Source: Coriobacteriia bacterium (GTDB lineage: Bacteria > Actinomycetota > Coriobacteriia > Anaerosomatales > Anaerosomataceae). Taken from it: 53,937 bases of DNA. Location: contig JAOAFY010000003.1 of the NCBI GenBank assembly GCA_026416035.1, positions 1 through 53,937 on the forward strand, written 5' to 3'. This document shows, one piece after another, positions 1 to 10,937 of the stretch; positions within the stretch are counted from its first letter, which is position 1, and each line of letters starts with the position of its first letter. The translations under genes and the position numbers were made by a program. The notes under the pieces were generated by a model that worked only from the letters and a program-made list of their open reading frames with translations, searched no databases and was not told the origin of the DNA.

Positions 1-11
1 ATAAGAGACAG
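1..11. other. Probable Nextera/Tn5 mosaic-end adapter remnant (technical artefact)
   Basis: ATAAGAGACAG is the 3' 11 nt of the Tn5 mosaic end AGATGTGTATAAGAGACAG and sits at the very first base, where gltX is cut off. Confidence 0.8.
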
Positions 12-950
12 GTCGTGCCTTGAGGGAGAAGGCGAGACGGACCGGATGTCGAAGACGGCGAGCAGGTCTGCCGGCCCTCGCACAACGAGGTCTTCTGGCC
101 CTTGCCATCCCAGAGACGCAAGGTACTCGACTGCCGCTGATGGAAGGAACCCCTCGGCGCGCAGGTCGGCCACCGCCCAACCGCCCTTGGACTTGGAAAG
201 CGGCTCCCCCTCGGGTCCTATGACGAGCGGCAGATGTGCGAAGCGCGGCACACGCTCTCCGAGCGCCTGTGCGAGCAGGATCTGGCGTGGCGTGTTGGCG
301 AGGTGGTCGTCTCCGCGCACGACGAACGAGATGTCCATGGCCGCATCGTCCACCACGCACGCAAGGTCGTACGTCGCACGCCCGTCCGAGCGCAGCACCA
401 CGAAGTCGCCGATATCCTCTGTCGAGAAGCGCATCGCTCCGTGCACCGCATCGTCGAACGAGACGATGGCCGACTGCGGCACGGCGAATCGCCACGCCGC
501 CTTGCGTCCCTCGGCGTGCAGCCGAGCGCGCTGCGAGTCCGTAAGCGTGCGGCACCTGCCGGCGTACCGTGGCGCACGCCCCGCTGCCCGGTCCACCTCA
601 CGGTCGGCCGCCAGCTCCTCAGGCGTGCAGTAGCACGGGTACAGCGCACCGGCTTCTCGCAGTCGCTCCGCCGCCGCACGATACAGGGCGCTTCGCTCCG
701 ATTGGCGATAGGGCGCGTACGGGCCGCCGACGTCCGGACCCTCGTCCCAGTCGAGGCCGAGCCAACGCAAGTCCTCGAGCAGCGAATCCTCGGAGCCCGG
801 CACCGTGCGCCGGACGTCGGTGTCCTCTATGCGGATGACGAACTCGCCGCCGGCGCTACGTGCGACCAGCCAGCTGAAAAGCGCCGTACGGGCACCGCCC
901 AGGTGAAGCGCGCCGGTCGGTGCCGGTGCGAACCGTGTCCGCACGCTCAC
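12..950 (-). CDS. gltX: Glutamate--tRNA ligase, 3' truncated by window/contig edge
   Basis: Manual translation from GTG at 950: MSVRTRFAPAPTGALHLGGARTALF (HIGH motif), IRIEDTD, PYRQSER, YPCYCT, VVRGDDH, PLSKS (KMSKS-like). Not in the ORF track because it has no stop; start overlaps the ispF stop (GTGA). Confidence 0.93.
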
Positions 951-1441
951 CGCGAGGATCCTTCCAGGAGGACGACGGCGTACGCCGCGGCGCCCTCGCC
1001 GCGGCCGACGAAGCCGAGACCCTCTGTGGTCGTCGCCTTCACGCCGATCCGCTCCACGGCCACGCCCAGAGCGCCTGCGATGCGCTCGCGCATCTGGTCG
1101 CGATACGGCGCGATCTTGGGCGCTTCGAGAGCCAGCACGCAGTCCGCGTCGATGAGCTCGAATCCCCGCGCCCGCATCAGGTCGCCGACCCTGCTGAGCA
1201 GTCCGATGCTCGATGCCCCGGCGTACGCCGGATCGTCGTCCGGGAACAACCGGCCGATGTCTCCCTCACGAAGCGCGCCTACGATCGCGTCCATGAGCGC
1301 GTGCACGAGCACGTCCGCATCCGAGTGACCGGCAAGACCGCGGGTGCCAGGAAGGGTGACGCCGCCGATGACAAGAGGCCGGCCGTCTTCGAATGCGTGC
1401 GCATCGAATCCGATGCCGACGCGAAGGAAGCCCCCAGTCAC
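947..1441 (-). CDS. ispF: 2-C-methyl-D-erythritol 2,4-cyclodiphosphate synthase
   Basis: RVGIGFDAH, GHSDADVLVHALMDA, GDIGRLFPD, KATTTEGLGFVGRGEG; GTG start at 1441 overlaps the ispD stop. Confidence 0.96.
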   Translation of the reverse strand: MTGGFLRVGIGFDAHAFEDGRPLVIGGVTLPGTRGLAGHSDADVLVHALMDAIVGALREGDIGRLFPDDDPAYAGASSIGLLSRVGDLMRARGFELIDADCVLALEAPKIAPYRDQMRERIAGALGVAVERIGVKATTTEGLGFVGRGEGAAAYAVVLLEGSSR

Positions 1442-2145
1442 GACGGCGCTCCTTTCAGATCGGACGTCCGAGCGCTCAAGAGCGCTTCTGCGATCGCGAG
1501 GTCTTCGGCCACGGTCACCTTCAGGTTGTCCCGCGGTCCCAGGACGACACGCACCCGCCCCCCATACCGCTCGACGAGGGAAGCGTCGTCGGTCGCCTCG
1601 ATGCCTTCGCTCGATGCCTGCTCCAACGCGTGGCGAAGGATTCCCGTCCGGAACGCCTGCGGCGTCTGCACGAGCCACAGACCGGAACGGTCTTCGGTCC
1701 GCTCAACGAAGCCGTCATCTCTCACGCGCTTGACGGTGTCGTAGCACGGATGCCCCACGATGGCAGCATCCGCACCCTCGCCGAGGGCCTCGAGCACGCG
1801 CTCCAAAGTCTCCGTCGTCAGCAGCGGGCGCGCGCCGTCGTGCACGACGACGATCTCGGCCCCGTGCGGGACCGCCTCAAGCCCCCGCCGGATCGATTCC
1901 TGCCGCGTAGCCCCTCCAGGGACGACGCACAGGATGCGCGGCACGCTCCCCGTCAAGCGTCGGACGGCGGCGACGTCACGAGGATGGGCCACGACGACGA
2001 TTGCGTCGACCAGCGGACTCGACACGAAGGGACGCAATGCGTGCTCGAGCACCGTTGCGCCCGCCAGTGACACGAGCTGCTTCCCGCCCGGCCGGCCGAA
2101 GCGCTCGCCGACGCCGGCAGCCGCGATGATCGCGACGACGCGCAC
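1438..2145 (-). CDS. ispD: 2-C-methyl-D-erythritol 4-phosphate cytidylyltransferase
   Basis: AAGVGERFG, GGATRQESI, VHDGARP, VQTPQAF, TDDASLVE, NLKVT; directly upstream of ispF. Confidence 0.96.
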   Translation of the reverse strand: MRVVAIIAAAGVGERFGRPGGKQLVSLAGATVLEHALRPFVSSPLVDAIVVVAHPRDVAAVRRLTGSVPRILCVVPGGATRQESIRRGLEAVPHGAEIVVVHDGARPLLTTETLERVLEALGEGADAAIVGHPCYDTVKRVRDDGFVERTEDRSGLWLVQTPQAFRTGILRHALEQASSEGIEATDDASLVERYGGRVRVVLGPRDNLKVTVAEDLAIAEALLSARTSDLKGAPS

Positions 2146-2148
2146 GGT

Positions 2149-3183
2149 TCACACCGCCTTCGCGAAGATCATGCGTCCAGCGGAAGTCTGCAGGACCGAC
2201 GTCGCCTCGACTTCGACCTCTCTTCCGATCGCATCTCGGCCGTCGGCGACGACCACCATCGTGCCGTCGTCCAGATACCCGACTCCCTGGTCAGGCTCCT
2301 TCCCCGGCTTGGCGACCCGCAGCACGAACTTGTCGCCGGGAAGATACACGGGGCGCAACGCTTGAGCGAGCTCATTGATGTTCAAGACGTCTATCCCCTC
2401 CACGCGCGCCACCTGCGTGAGGTTGTGGTCCGCCGTGACGATCGCCCCGCCGGACCCGGCAGCCAGCCGGATCATCTTCGCATCGACCGTCGGAACGTCA
2501 GCAAAGTCGGTCTCGACCACCGTGACGACGTCTCCCCGCGCGGCGAGCGCAGTCAGCGCATCGAGCCCGCGTCGGCCGCGAGCGCGCTTGAGGTCGTCTG
2601 CGGAGTCAGCGAGCGTCTGCAGCTCGGCCAGCACGAACCGGGGCACTCTTAGCGGACCCTCGAGGAACCCCGACTCGACGATCGCCTCGAAGCGGCCGTC
2701 GATGACGGCGCTCGAATCGAGGAACTTGGGACGCTCCGGGGTGCGAGAGGCGCCTTGCAAGGACACCTGCCGAGCGACCTCGTGCCGGCGAAGCAGGAAC
2801 AACCGCATGGCCCCGTAGCCGAAGAACGCATAAATCCCGGATACCGCAAGGAATGCGAGCCACGCGGGCTTGAGCAACCGAAGCGGATCCGACACGAAGT
2901 ACGCGATCATGAGGCCGACAATCAGACCCAGCGCGCCGAAGACCAGCTCGGCCGGCTGGAACTCTGAGACCTGCTGCTCGATCCGGCGGAACTGGATGGC
3001 GATCTCCCGGCCGAGGATGCCGCCGAGCAGGTATCCCAAGCTGCTCCCGAGGATGATGAATAGGATGATGACGGATTCTTGGGAGAAGCCCGTTTGGGAC
3101 GGCCAGTCAGCCAGCCGTGCGACCGAGTACCCGCCGAACGCGCCCGCCGTCAGCAGCATGAACCGCATCAGCTGGACGATCAT
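2149..3183 (-). CDS. PIN/TRAM domain membrane protein (YacL-like)
   Basis: N-terminal TM helices, LDSSAVIDGR PIN motif, RGRRGLD, GVGYLDDGTMVVV TRAM; usual position between disA and ispD. Confidence 0.92.
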   Translation of the reverse strand: MIVQLMRFMLLTAGAFGGYSVARLADWPSQTGFSQESVIILFIILGSSLGYLLGGILGREIAIQFRRIEQQVSEFQPAELVFGALGLIVGLMIAYFVSDPLRLLKPAWLAFLAVSGIYAFFGYGAMRLFLLRRHEVARQVSLQGASRTPERPKFLDSSAVIDGRFEAIVESGFLEGPLRVPRFVLAELQTLADSADDLKRARGRRGLDALTALAARGDVVTVVETDFADVPTVDAKMIRLAAGSGGAIVTADHNLTQVARVEGIDVLNINELAQALRPVYLPGDKFVLRVAKPGKEPDQGVGYLDDGTMVVVADGRDAIGREVEVEATSVLQTSAGRMIFAKAV

Positions 3184-3334
3184 GCATCCGACGACCGGAG
3201 ACGGTGCATCTGCCGGTGCGCCCTCACCTCCCTCTCGCGCACGACGACACGAACGCTTCGTTTCAGTCTACCACAGCCCGATGGACGGGCGCTCCGGGAA
3301 GACGAGCGGGACCTAGGCGTCGGGTCGTCCGCCG

Positions 3335-4396
3335 TCAGGCGCCCGCGTGCTCGCGCATCCGTCGCAACCCGTCGATGATCGCAGCCGCCCGGCGCGTCCC
3401 CACGCCTTCCACGTCGTCAAGCTGCTGCTCCGAGGCGCCGAGCAGCGCAGAGAGCGTCTGGAAGCGATCGACGACCCGATTGGCGACCGATCCCGGGAGC
3501 GCAGGGATGTGCCGGAGCACGCGATATCCCCGCGGACGGACGCGCTGCTCGACCACGTCGGCACCCCCAGCGTGGCCGAGCGCGTGCACGATCGCGAGCG
3601 GATCGAGGAGCTGGTCGGGCTTCATCGCCGCGATACGCTGACGCGCACGCGCGGCAGTCCTCGGCGAGGGATCTGCGGCGTAGTCTCTCACGAGCATCGT
3701 GTAGTCCTCGTCGACGCCGGCGGTCAGCTCCTCGGACTGCATCCTGACGAGCCTGCCGTCCTCGCCGAGCTCCACCACATACCTGGTGACCTCGCGGGCC
3801 ACCCTGAGCACCATCTCGGAGCGCTGGACCACCGTCGCCACGTCCCGGAAGGTCGCGACGTTCTCGAACTCGAGCATCGTGAGGTGGGCAGCCACCTCGT
3901 CGAACCGCGCTCGATAGCGCTCGAGCGTCTGCAGCGCCTGATTCGCCTTCGCCAACACGACCTCGACGTCGTCCAGCACGATCTTCTGCCCGCGGCGGTA
4001 CAGGCTTACGACGTCCCGGCGCTGCGAGATCGAGATCACGAGGGCGTCGGTCTGGAGGCTGACTCGCTCGGCAGTACGATGCCGCATGCCGGTCTCAGAC
4101 GTGGGGATCGAAGGGTCAGGGACCAGGTGGACGTTCGCCTTGAGGATGTGGCGCATGTCCGCGTCGAGTGTGATGGCCCCATCCATCTTCGCAAGCTCGA
4201 AGAGGCGCTGGGGCGTGTACGGGACGCCTACGACGAACCCGCCGTTGCTGATGCTCTCCACGCCGCGCTCGTCGCCGATGACGATGAGCGCACCCGTCCG
4301 CGCAGAGATGACGTGGTCGAGGCCTTCGCGCAGCGGCGTGCCAGGCGCCACCGCCGCGAGCGCCTGCAACATGAGGTCGTCGTGTGAGGGGTCCAT
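3335..4396 (-). CDS. disA: DNA integrity scanning diadenylate cyclase
   Basis: DAC motifs DGA and GMRHRTAER, C-terminal HhH (VEGVG); follows radA. Confidence 0.95.
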   Translation of the reverse strand: MDPSHDDLMLQALAAVAPGTPLREGLDHVISARTGALIVIGDERGVESISNGGFVVGVPYTPQRLFELAKMDGAITLDADMRHILKANVHLVPDPSIPTSETGMRHRTAERVSLQTDALVISISQRRDVVSLYRRGQKIVLDDVEVVLAKANQALQTLERYRARFDEVAAHLTMLEFENVATFRDVATVVQRSEMVLRVAREVTRYVVELGEDGRLVRMQSEELTAGVDEDYTMLVRDYAADPSPRTAARARQRIAAMKPDQLLDPLAIVHALGHAGGADVVEQRVRPRGYRVLRHIPALPGSVANRVVDRFQTLSALLGASEQQLDDVEGVGTRRAAAIIDGLRRMREHAGA

Positions 4397-4462
4397 GGTG
4401 ACCTCCGACCGTCGCGTACCCAGATTGTGCCACGCGAGACCCTGCGGTGCCAGCGCGCGACG

Positions 4463-5812
4463 TCACGGCGCGGAGCGAAGAGCGGCCGCGTCGAGCGCTT
4501 CTGCGACCGTCTTGGATCGGACGATGCGGATGCCGTCCGCGCTCAGAGCCGCGCGGCTGGCCGGCGCCACCAGCGTCTGGACGCCCACCCGCGCGCACTC
4601 GCCCGCGCGCACCCCTGCGTGCGGGACGGCCCGGATCTCGCCCGTCAGCCCGACCTCTCCGAAAGCCGCGACCGAACCGGCCAGCGGCTTGTCCTCGCGA
4701 GCGGACACGAGCGCAAGGGCCAGCGGCAGGTCGACCGCAGGATCGGAGACGCGCACGCCGCCGACGACGGACACGTACACGTCGTGCTCGCCGAACCTCA
4801 CACCGGCGCGGCCTTCGAGCACGGCCAGCATCTGATGCACGCGCCCCGCGTCGACGCCCACCGCGTGCCGGCGCGGTGCGGGAAGCCACGTGCGGGTGAC
4901 GAGCGCCTGCACCTCCACGAGCACAGGCCTCGTGCCCTCGACCGTCGGGAACACGCACGTGCCTGCTGCGTCGTGGCGCCGTTGGGACAGCATCAGCCCC
5001 GAGGGATCCTGTATCCCTTCGAGGCCGCGGCCCGTCATCTCGAACACCCCGACCTCGCTCACGGAGCCGAACCTGTTCTTGACGGCTCGCACCACACGGA
5101 ATGCATGGTCTCGATCGCCCTCGAACGACAGCACTGCATCCACGACGTGCTCCAGCACGCGAGGACCTGCAACTGTGCCCTCCTTGGTCACATGACCGAC
5201 GAGGACGACGGCGATGCCAGTCGCCTTCGCGAGCGTCACGAGCGCTTGCGCGCAGGCCCGCACCTGCCCCACGCTGCCGGGTATGCCCGGCGCCTGCGAG
5301 TCGGACAGCGTCTGGATCGAGTCGACGATGAGCACCTCGACGCGCTCTGCGGCCGCTGTCGCAACGACCCCGGCCACATCGCTGTCGGGCAGCAGCAGCA
5401 CCTGGCCGTCCGCCCCGAGCCGGTCCGCCCTCAGCCGCACCTGCTCTGCCGACTCCTCGCCGCAGACATACAGGACACGGCGGCCCGCAGCCGCCAGTCG
5501 GCTCGCCGCCTGCAGAAGCAGGGTGGACTTGCCGATCCCTGGTTCCCCGGCGAGCAGCACCACCGAGCCGCGGACGATGCCTCCACCGAGCACACGGTCG
5601 AGCTCGTTGATGCCTGTGCGGATCCTTGCGGCGGCATCCGCGCGCACGTCCTCCAGCCGCACCGGCGTCCGGGGAACCGCGGCGGCCACGTCTTCGCGCG
5701 GGCGCTCCTCGACGAACGTCCCGTACTCACCGCACGAAGGGCACCTGCCGAGCCACTTGGGCGCCACCTGGCCGCACTGAGAGCACCGCCACTCCGTGCG
5801 TGCGCGCGGCAT
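4463..5812 (-). CDS. radA: DNA repair protein RadA/Sms
   Basis: C4 zinc finger (CSQC..CPSC), Walker A GEPGIGKST, KNRFG motif, Lon-like C-terminus. Confidence 0.97.
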   Translation of the reverse strand: MPRARTEWRCSQCGQVAPKWLGRCPSCGEYGTFVEERPREDVAAAVPRTPVRLEDVRADAAARIRTGINELDRVLGGGIVRGSVVLLAGEPGIGKSTLLLQAASRLAAAGRRVLYVCGEESAEQVRLRADRLGADGQVLLLPDSDVAGVVATAAAERVEVLIVDSIQTLSDSQAPGIPGSVGQVRACAQALVTLAKATGIAVVLVGHVTKEGTVAGPRVLEHVVDAVLSFEGDRDHAFRVVRAVKNRFGSVSEVGVFEMTGRGLEGIQDPSGLMLSQRRHDAAGTCVFPTVEGTRPVLVEVQALVTRTWLPAPRRHAVGVDAGRVHQMLAVLEGRAGVRFGEHDVYVSVVGGVRVSDPAVDLPLALALVSAREDKPLAGSVAAFGEVGLTGEIRAVPHAGVRAGECARVGVQTLVAPASRAALSADGIRIVRSKTVAEALDAAALRSAP

Positions 5813-5815
5813 CCG

Positions 5816-8371
5816 TCACTCGCCCGCCAAGCCGTCCGCCTGCGGAGCCCTCGCCCCGCTCGACCCGCCGCGCGGCGGCATGGTCGCCTTGCTGCGCTTC
5901 GGCCGAGCCGGCTGGACGACCGTCTCTGCGGTCAGCTCGCCGTGCGCGAACGCGATCGCGCCGTCTTCGACGCGCAGCTCGACCACGTCGCCCGGATGCC
6001 ATTCGCCCGCAAGGATGCGCTCAGAAAGCGGATCCTCGACCAGGCGCTGGATGGCCCGCCTCAGCGGACGCGCCCCGAGCGCAGGATCGAAACCTTCCTT
6101 CGCAAGCAGAGTGCGGGCCTCCGGCGTGAGCACAAGCCCGATCCCCTGCTCGGCGAGGCGCTCGCGCAGCCTCGACACCATCAGGTCCACGATCGCCTCG
6201 ATCTCCTCAGGCGTGAGGTCGTGGAACACGATGACTTCGTCCACGCGGTTCAAGAACTCCGGCCGGAAGATCTTCTTCAGCTCGCCGGTGACGCGCTCCT
6301 TGAGCGTCTCGTACGGCATCGCATCGGTGGTCTGCATCGTGAACCCGATGGTCTTGCCCTTGGCGATGTCACGCGCGCCGACGTTGCTCGTCATGATGAT
6401 GATGGTGTTCTTGAAGTCGACACGGCGTCCTTGCGCGTCAGTCAGCCGACCTTCCTCGAGTATCTGCAGCAAGACGTTGAAGACGTCCGGGTGGGCCTTC
6501 TCGATCTCGTCGAACAGGACCACCGAGTACGGCTTGCGCCGCACGGCCTCGGTGAGCTGCCCCCCTTCGTCGAAACCGACGTACCCGGGAGGAGAGCCGA
6601 TGAGCCGCGAGACGGTGTGCTTCTCCATGTACTCCGACATGTCGAGCTGGATGAGCGCGTCTTCGCTGCCGAACAGGAACTCAGCGAGTGCCTTGGCAAG
6701 CTCCGTCTTCCCGACACCTGAAGGTCCCAGGAAGATGAACGAGCCTGCGGGGCGCGACGGATCCTTCAGCCCGGCACGGGTGCGGCGGATGGCCTTGCTC
6801 ACAGCCGTGACCGCTTCGTCCTGCCCCACGATGCGCTCGTGCAGCGACGCCTCCATCCTGAGGAGCTTCTGCGTCTCCTCTTCGGTGAGCGAAGCCACCG
6901 GGATCCCCGTCCACATCGAGACGACCTCGGCGATCTCTTTCTCCGTCACCTCGACGACTCGGTTGTTGTCGGGACGTCGCCACTCCTCTTCCATGCGGCG
7001 CTTCTCCGCGAGGATCTGCTTCTCCTTGTCACGCAGCGCCGCGGCCTTCTCGAACTCCTGGGCCTCGATCGCGGCTTCCTTCTCCTGGCGGACCTGCTTG
7101 AGCCGCTCCTCGACCTCGCGGATGCCAGGCGGTGCAGTCATCGTCTTGATGCGCATCTTGGAGCCGGCCTCGTCGATCAGGTCGATCGCCTTGTCAGGCA
7201 AGAAGCGGTCCGAGATGTAGCGGTCGGCGAGCGTTGCGGCCGCGTCGATCGCCGCATCGGTGATCGACACCCTGTGGTGCGCCTCGTACCGGTCGCGCAG
7301 GCCGTACAGGATCGCCTTGGTCTCATCGACGCTCGGCTCTCCGACCATGATCGGCTGGAACCGCCGTTCGAGCGCCGGATCCTTCTCGACGTACTTGCGG
7401 TACTCGTCGAGCGTGGTCGCACCGATCGTCTGGAGCTCGCCGCGCGCCAGCGCTGGCTTGATGATGCTCGCCGCGTCGATTGCGCCTTCCGCCGCACCTG
7501 CACCGACGAGCGTGTGCATCTCATCCACGAACAAGATGATGTCTCCGCGCTCGCGGATCTCCTTCATGACCTTCTTCAGACGCTCTTCGAATTCGCCGCG
7601 GTACTTGCTCCCCGCCACCAAGGCAGCCAGGTCGAGGGTGTACAGCTGCTTGTCGCGCAGCGTCTCGGGCACCTCGTCGCGTGCAATCTTCTGAGCGAGC
7701 CCCTCGACCACCGCCGTCTTGCCCACACCTGGCTCTCCAATGAGCACGGGGTTGTTCTTGGTGCGGCGGGAGAGGATCTGCATGACCCGCTCGATCTCCT
7801 GCTGCCTGCCCACGACCGGGTCGAGCTTGCCTTCGATCGCTGCACGCGTCAGGTTGCGGCCGAACTCATCCAAGAGCGAACCGCCTTCGCCGCCACGGGA
7901 ACGCCGTTCTTCTCCGCCCTCGGCCTGACGTCCGTAGTAGCCTGACAGAAGCTGGATGACCGCCGAACGCACCTTCTCGAGGTCGGCTCCGAGGTTGATG
8001 AGCACCTGAGCGGCGACTCCCTCTCCCTCGCGGATCAGCCCGAGCAGGATGTGCTCAGTCCCGATGTAGTTGTGGCCGAGCTGCAGCGCCTCGCGCAACG
8101 ACAGCTCCAGCACCTTCTTCGCGCGCGGAGTGAAGGGGATGTGACCCGTCGGGACGTAGGTGCCCCTGCCGATGAGCTCCTCGACCTGCTGCCGGACGTC
8201 GTCGAGCGAGATCCGCAGTGATTCCAGCGCCTTTGCGGCCACGCCGTCTGGCTCGCGGATGAGCCCGAGCAGCAGGTGCTCGGTCCCGATGTAGTTCTGG
8301 TTGAGCATCCGCGCCTCTTCTTGCGCGTAGACGACGACGCGTCTGGCTTTTTCGGTGAATCGTTCGAACAT
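5816..8371 (-). CDS. clpC: ATP-dependent Clp protease ATP-binding subunit ClpC
   Basis: [11 protein letters not shown] double Clp-N repeats, two Walker A ([16 protein letters not shown]), UVR-like middle domain, IGF ClpP-docking loop. Confidence 0.97.
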   Translation of the reverse strand: MFERFTEKARRVVVYAQEEARMLNQNYIGTEHLLLGLIREPDGVAAKALESLRISLDDVRQQVEELIGRGTYVPTGHIPFTPRAKKVLELSLREALQLGHNYIGTEHILLGLIREGEGVAAQVLINLGADLEKVRSAVIQLLSGYYGRQAEGGEERRSRGGEGGSLLDEFGRNLTRAAIEGKLDPVVGRQQEIERVMQILSRRTKNNPVLIGEPGVGKTAVVEGLAQKIARDEVPETLRDKQLYTLDLAALVAGSKYRGEFEERLKKVMKEIRERGDIILFVDEMHTLVGAGAAEGAIDAASIIKPALARGELQTIGATTLDEYRKYVEKDPALERRFQPIMVGEPSVDETKAILYGLRDRYEAHHRVSITDAAIDAAATLADRYISDRFLPDKAIDLIDEAGSKMRIKTMTAPPGIREVEERLKQVRQEKEAAIEAQEFEKAAALRDKEKQILAEKRRMEEEWRRPDNNRVVEVTEKEIAEVVSMWTGIPVASLTEEETQKLLRMEASLHERIVGQDEAVTAVSKAIRRTRAGLKDPSRPAGSFIFLGPSGVGKTELAKALAEFLFGSEDALIQLDMSEYMEKHTVSRLIGSPPGYVGFDEGGQLTEAVRRKPYSVVLFDEIEKAHPDVFNVLLQILEEGRLTDAQGRRVDFKNTIIIMTSNVGARDIAKGKTIGFTMQTTDAMPYETLKERVTGELKKIFRPEFLNRVDEVIVFHDLTPEEIEAIVDLMVSRLRERLAEQGIGLVLTPEARTLLAKEGFDPALGARPLRRAIQRLVEDPLSERILAGEWHPGDVVELRVEDGAIAFAHGELTAETVVQPARPKRSKATMPPRGGSSGARAPQADGLAGE

Positions 8372-8460
8372 GGCGTTTGGCCTCGCTATCTGTGATGTCG
8401 TCCTCTGCGACAGGGATCTTCGAGGATATTCTACCCCCGCCCGGCGACACCGCGGGAGCG

Positions 8461-8483
8461 CGCATCTCCTGCCAGGAGGTGCG
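8461..8483 (-). terminator. Stem-loop downstream of lysS (possible terminator)
   Basis: cgcatctcct-gcc-aggaggtgcg, 10-bp stem with one imperfect pair; no U-tract. Confidence 0.4.
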
Positions 8484-8492
8484 ACAGCGCCC

Positions 8493-9998
8493 CTACGCCT
8501 CCGGGCGCATGTGGGGGAACAGGATCACGTCGCGGATCGACGGGCTGTCCGTGAGCAGCATGGCGAGCCTGTCGATGCCCACACCGAGACCTCCAGCAGG
8601 CGGCATGCCATACTCCAGCGCCCGCAGGTAGTCTTCGTCGTATCCCATGGCCTCCTCGTCGCCGCCCGCTTTCGCACGGGCCTGCGCCTCGAACCGCTCG
8701 CGCTGGTCGATCGGGTCGATCAGCTCCGAGAAGGCGTTCGCAATCTCGCGGCCCACCACGATGACCTCGAACCGCTCGGTGAGTTCGGGCGCTCCTGGCT
8801 TCTTCCGAGCGAGAGGCGAGGTCTCCAGCGGGTAGTCTGTCACGAACATCGGGCCGATGATGGCGTGCTCCGCCAGCTTCTCGAACAGCTCCGTGATGAG
8901 CTTGCCCTTGCCCCATGAAGGCTCGAACGGCACGCCGTGCCGGTCGCACAGGCGCCGGAGGTCTTCGACGGAGCGCGCGAAGGAGACCTCCTCACCGGCC
9001 GCCTCGCTTGCCAGTTCGACGAGGGTCCTGCGAGGCCACGGGGGCGTGAGGTCGAGCTGCACGCCCTGGTACTCGATCTGGAGCGTGCCGCACGCCGCTT
9101 CCGCAGCCGCGACGACGATGCCTTCTGCGAGGCGCATCATGCCCTGGAGGTCCGTGAACGCCTCATACGCCTCGAGCATGGTGAACTCCGGGTTGTGACG
9201 CACCGAGATGCCCTCGTTGCGGAACGACCGGTTGATCTCGAAGACCCGTTCAAACCCGCCGACGAGAAGCCGCTTGAGGTACAGCTCGGGTGCGATCCGC
9301 AGATACAGGTCCATGTCGAGCGCATTGTGATGCGTCACGAACGGGCGCGCCGCTGCACCGCCCGGGATGGGATGCAGCATCGGCGTTTCGACCTCGAGGA
9401 AGCCCTGCGATTCCATGAACCGCCTGATCGCCGAGATGATTGCGAACCGCTTCTCGAACGTCTGCCGCACCTCAGGATTCGCGATCAGGTCCACGTACCG
9501 CTGACGGTAGCGCGTCTCGACGTCGGTCAGCCCGTGGAACTTCTCGGGAAGCGGCCTGAGCGACTTCGACAGAAGCACCACGTCGGCGGGGACCACCGAA
9601 AGCTCGCCTCGCCGGGTCCGGACGACCTCGCCCTCGGCGCCCACCCAGTCGCCGACGTCGATGCGGTCGACTGTCTCGCGGAAGCGCGCCTCGCCGAGCG
9701 CATCGGACCTCAAGAAGAGCTGGATCTCACCGCTGCCGTCCCGCAGCACGAGGAACGCGATCTTGCCCTGGTCACGCTTCGCCATGATCCGTCCGGCGAC
9801 AGACGCCGATACGCCTGAGCCCTCGCCGGCAGGCAGGTCTTTGTGCTCAGCGTGCAAGCCGGCTGCGAGGTGGGTGCGATCGTACCGGGCCTTGTACGGT
9901 TCGTCGCCAGAAGCACGCATCGCCGCGACCTTGACCAGGCGCGCCGCGAACGGGTCGTCTGGCTGCTCCTGGCCGAGGATGTCGCTCTCGTCCGGCAT
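8493..9998 (-). CDS. lysS: Lysine--tRNA ligase (class II)
   Basis: [60 protein letters not shown]. Confidence 0.98.
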   Translation of the reverse strand: MPDESDILGQEQPDDPFAARLVKVAAMRASGDEPYKARYDRTHLAAGLHAEHKDLPAGEGSGVSASVAGRIMAKRDQGKIAFLVLRDGSGEIQLFLRSDALGEARFRETVDRIDVGDWVGAEGEVVRTRRGELSVVPADVVLLSKSLRPLPEKFHGLTDVETRYRQRYVDLIANPEVRQTFEKRFAIISAIRRFMESQGFLEVETPMLHPIPGGAAARPFVTHHNALDMDLYLRIAPELYLKRLLVGGFERVFEINRSFRNEGISVRHNPEFTMLEAYEAFTDLQGMMRLAEGIVVAAAEAACGTLQIEYQGVQLDLTPPWPRRTLVELASEAAGEEVSFARSVEDLRRLCDRHGVPFEPSWGKGKLITELFEKLAEHAIIGPMFVTDYPLETSPLARKKPGAPELTERFEVIVVGREIANAFSELIDPIDQRERFEAQARAKAGGDEEAMGYDEDYLRALEYGMPPAGGLGVGIDRLAMLLTDSPSIRDVILFPHMRPEA

Positions 9999-10001
9999 GC
10001 G

Positions 10002-10475
10002 TCAGTTCTTGATGGAGAGGATCTCGTACTCGATGATCGCGCCGCGCGGCGTAGTCACGGTCGCGACCTCGCCCTTCTTCTTGCCCATGATGGCCTGGCC
10101 GACCGGTGACTCGTTGGAGATCTTGGCATGCGAGGGGTCGGCCTCGGCAGAACCTACCACCGTGAAGACCTGGATCTCGCCGGTCGACAGGTCCTTGAGC
10201 TCGACGCGTGATCCGAGCACGACCTTGCTGCTCTTCTTGGGCGACTCGATGATGGTGGCGTTGGAAAGGATGGCGTTGATCTCGGCGATCCGGCTCTCGA
10301 CCCAGGCCTGCTCGTTCTTGGCATCGTCGTACTCGGAGTTCTCGGAGATGTCGCCGAACTCCTTGGCTTCTTTGATGCGCTCGCCCACCTCGCGCCGGCG
10401 CACCGTCTCGAGGTGACGAAGCTCTGCTTCCAGACGCGCCTGGCCTTCGGGGGTGAGCACGACTTCCTTGTGCAT
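10002..10475 (-). CDS. greA: Transcription elongation factor GreA
   Basis: MHKEVVLTPEG, GDISENSEYDDAK, ISNESPVGQA; ATG at 10475 preferred over the longer ORF. Confidence 0.96.
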   Translation of the reverse strand: MHKEVVLTPEGQARLEAELRHLETVRRREVGERIKEAKEFGDISENSEYDDAKNEQAWVESRIAEINAILSNATIIESPKKSSKVVLGSRVELKDLSTGEIQVFTVVGSAEADPSHAKISNESPVGQAIMGKKKGEVATVTTPRGAIIEYEILSIKN

Positions 10476-10565
10476 GGCGGCTCCTGATCTGTCCTGCAGC
10501 CGTCGGGCATTGCGCCCATCGCCGGAAAAACGCTCGTGAGAGTATACATCATGCGGCACGACGCA

Positions 10566-10604
10566 CAAGCGCCCGCCCCGCCCGAAGGCGTCGGCGAGCG
10601 CTTG
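10566..10604 (-). terminator. GC-rich hairpin downstream of tatA
   Basis: CAAGCGC...GCGCTTG outer arms; on the minus strand the loop is a C(UUCG)G tetraloop. Confidence 0.5.
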
Positions 10605-10620
10605 CAGGTTTGACGCTCGC

Positions 10621-10842
10621 TTACTCGTCGGACCCGGAGTCCTTCTTCTCGGACTTGGCAGGCTCGCCCTTCGCGGCGTCCTCTTCCTCGCCGAGCCCCG
10701 ACTCCATGCCTTCCTTGAGCGCTTTGGCCGACTTGCCCACCATCTTGGCGAGCTTGGGCAGCTGCGAGGGCCCGAAGAGGACGAGCACGATCAGAAGAAT
10801 GAACAGCCACTCGCTACCGCCAGGCAGACCGAACACCGCCAT
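10621..10842 (-). CDS. tatA: Twin-arginine translocase TatA/TatE subunit
   Basis: MAVFGLPGGSEW..LIVLVLFGPSQLPKLAK..GK, single TM + amphipathic helix + acidic tail; AGGAGGAG RBS. Confidence 0.93.
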   Translation of the reverse strand: MAVFGLPGGSEWLFILLIVLVLFGPSQLPKLAKMVGKSAKALKEGMESGLGEEEDAAKGEPAKSEKKDSGSDE

Positions 10843-10937
10843 GTTGCCTCCTCCTGACTCTTTCCTCACCGGCGGGCACGAAGCCGCGCGGGCGTCCTCA
10901 TACAGTAGCACCGTGCAGGCAGTGATGCCACAACCCG

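Noticed and set aside
234-1328. 364-aa plus-strand ORF
   Set aside because: Antisense shadow of gltX/ispF; no motifs; expected in high-GC DNA.
4427-6721. 764-aa plus-strand ORF
   Set aside because: Antisense to radA/clpC; His/Arg-rich composition typical of reverse-frame shadows.
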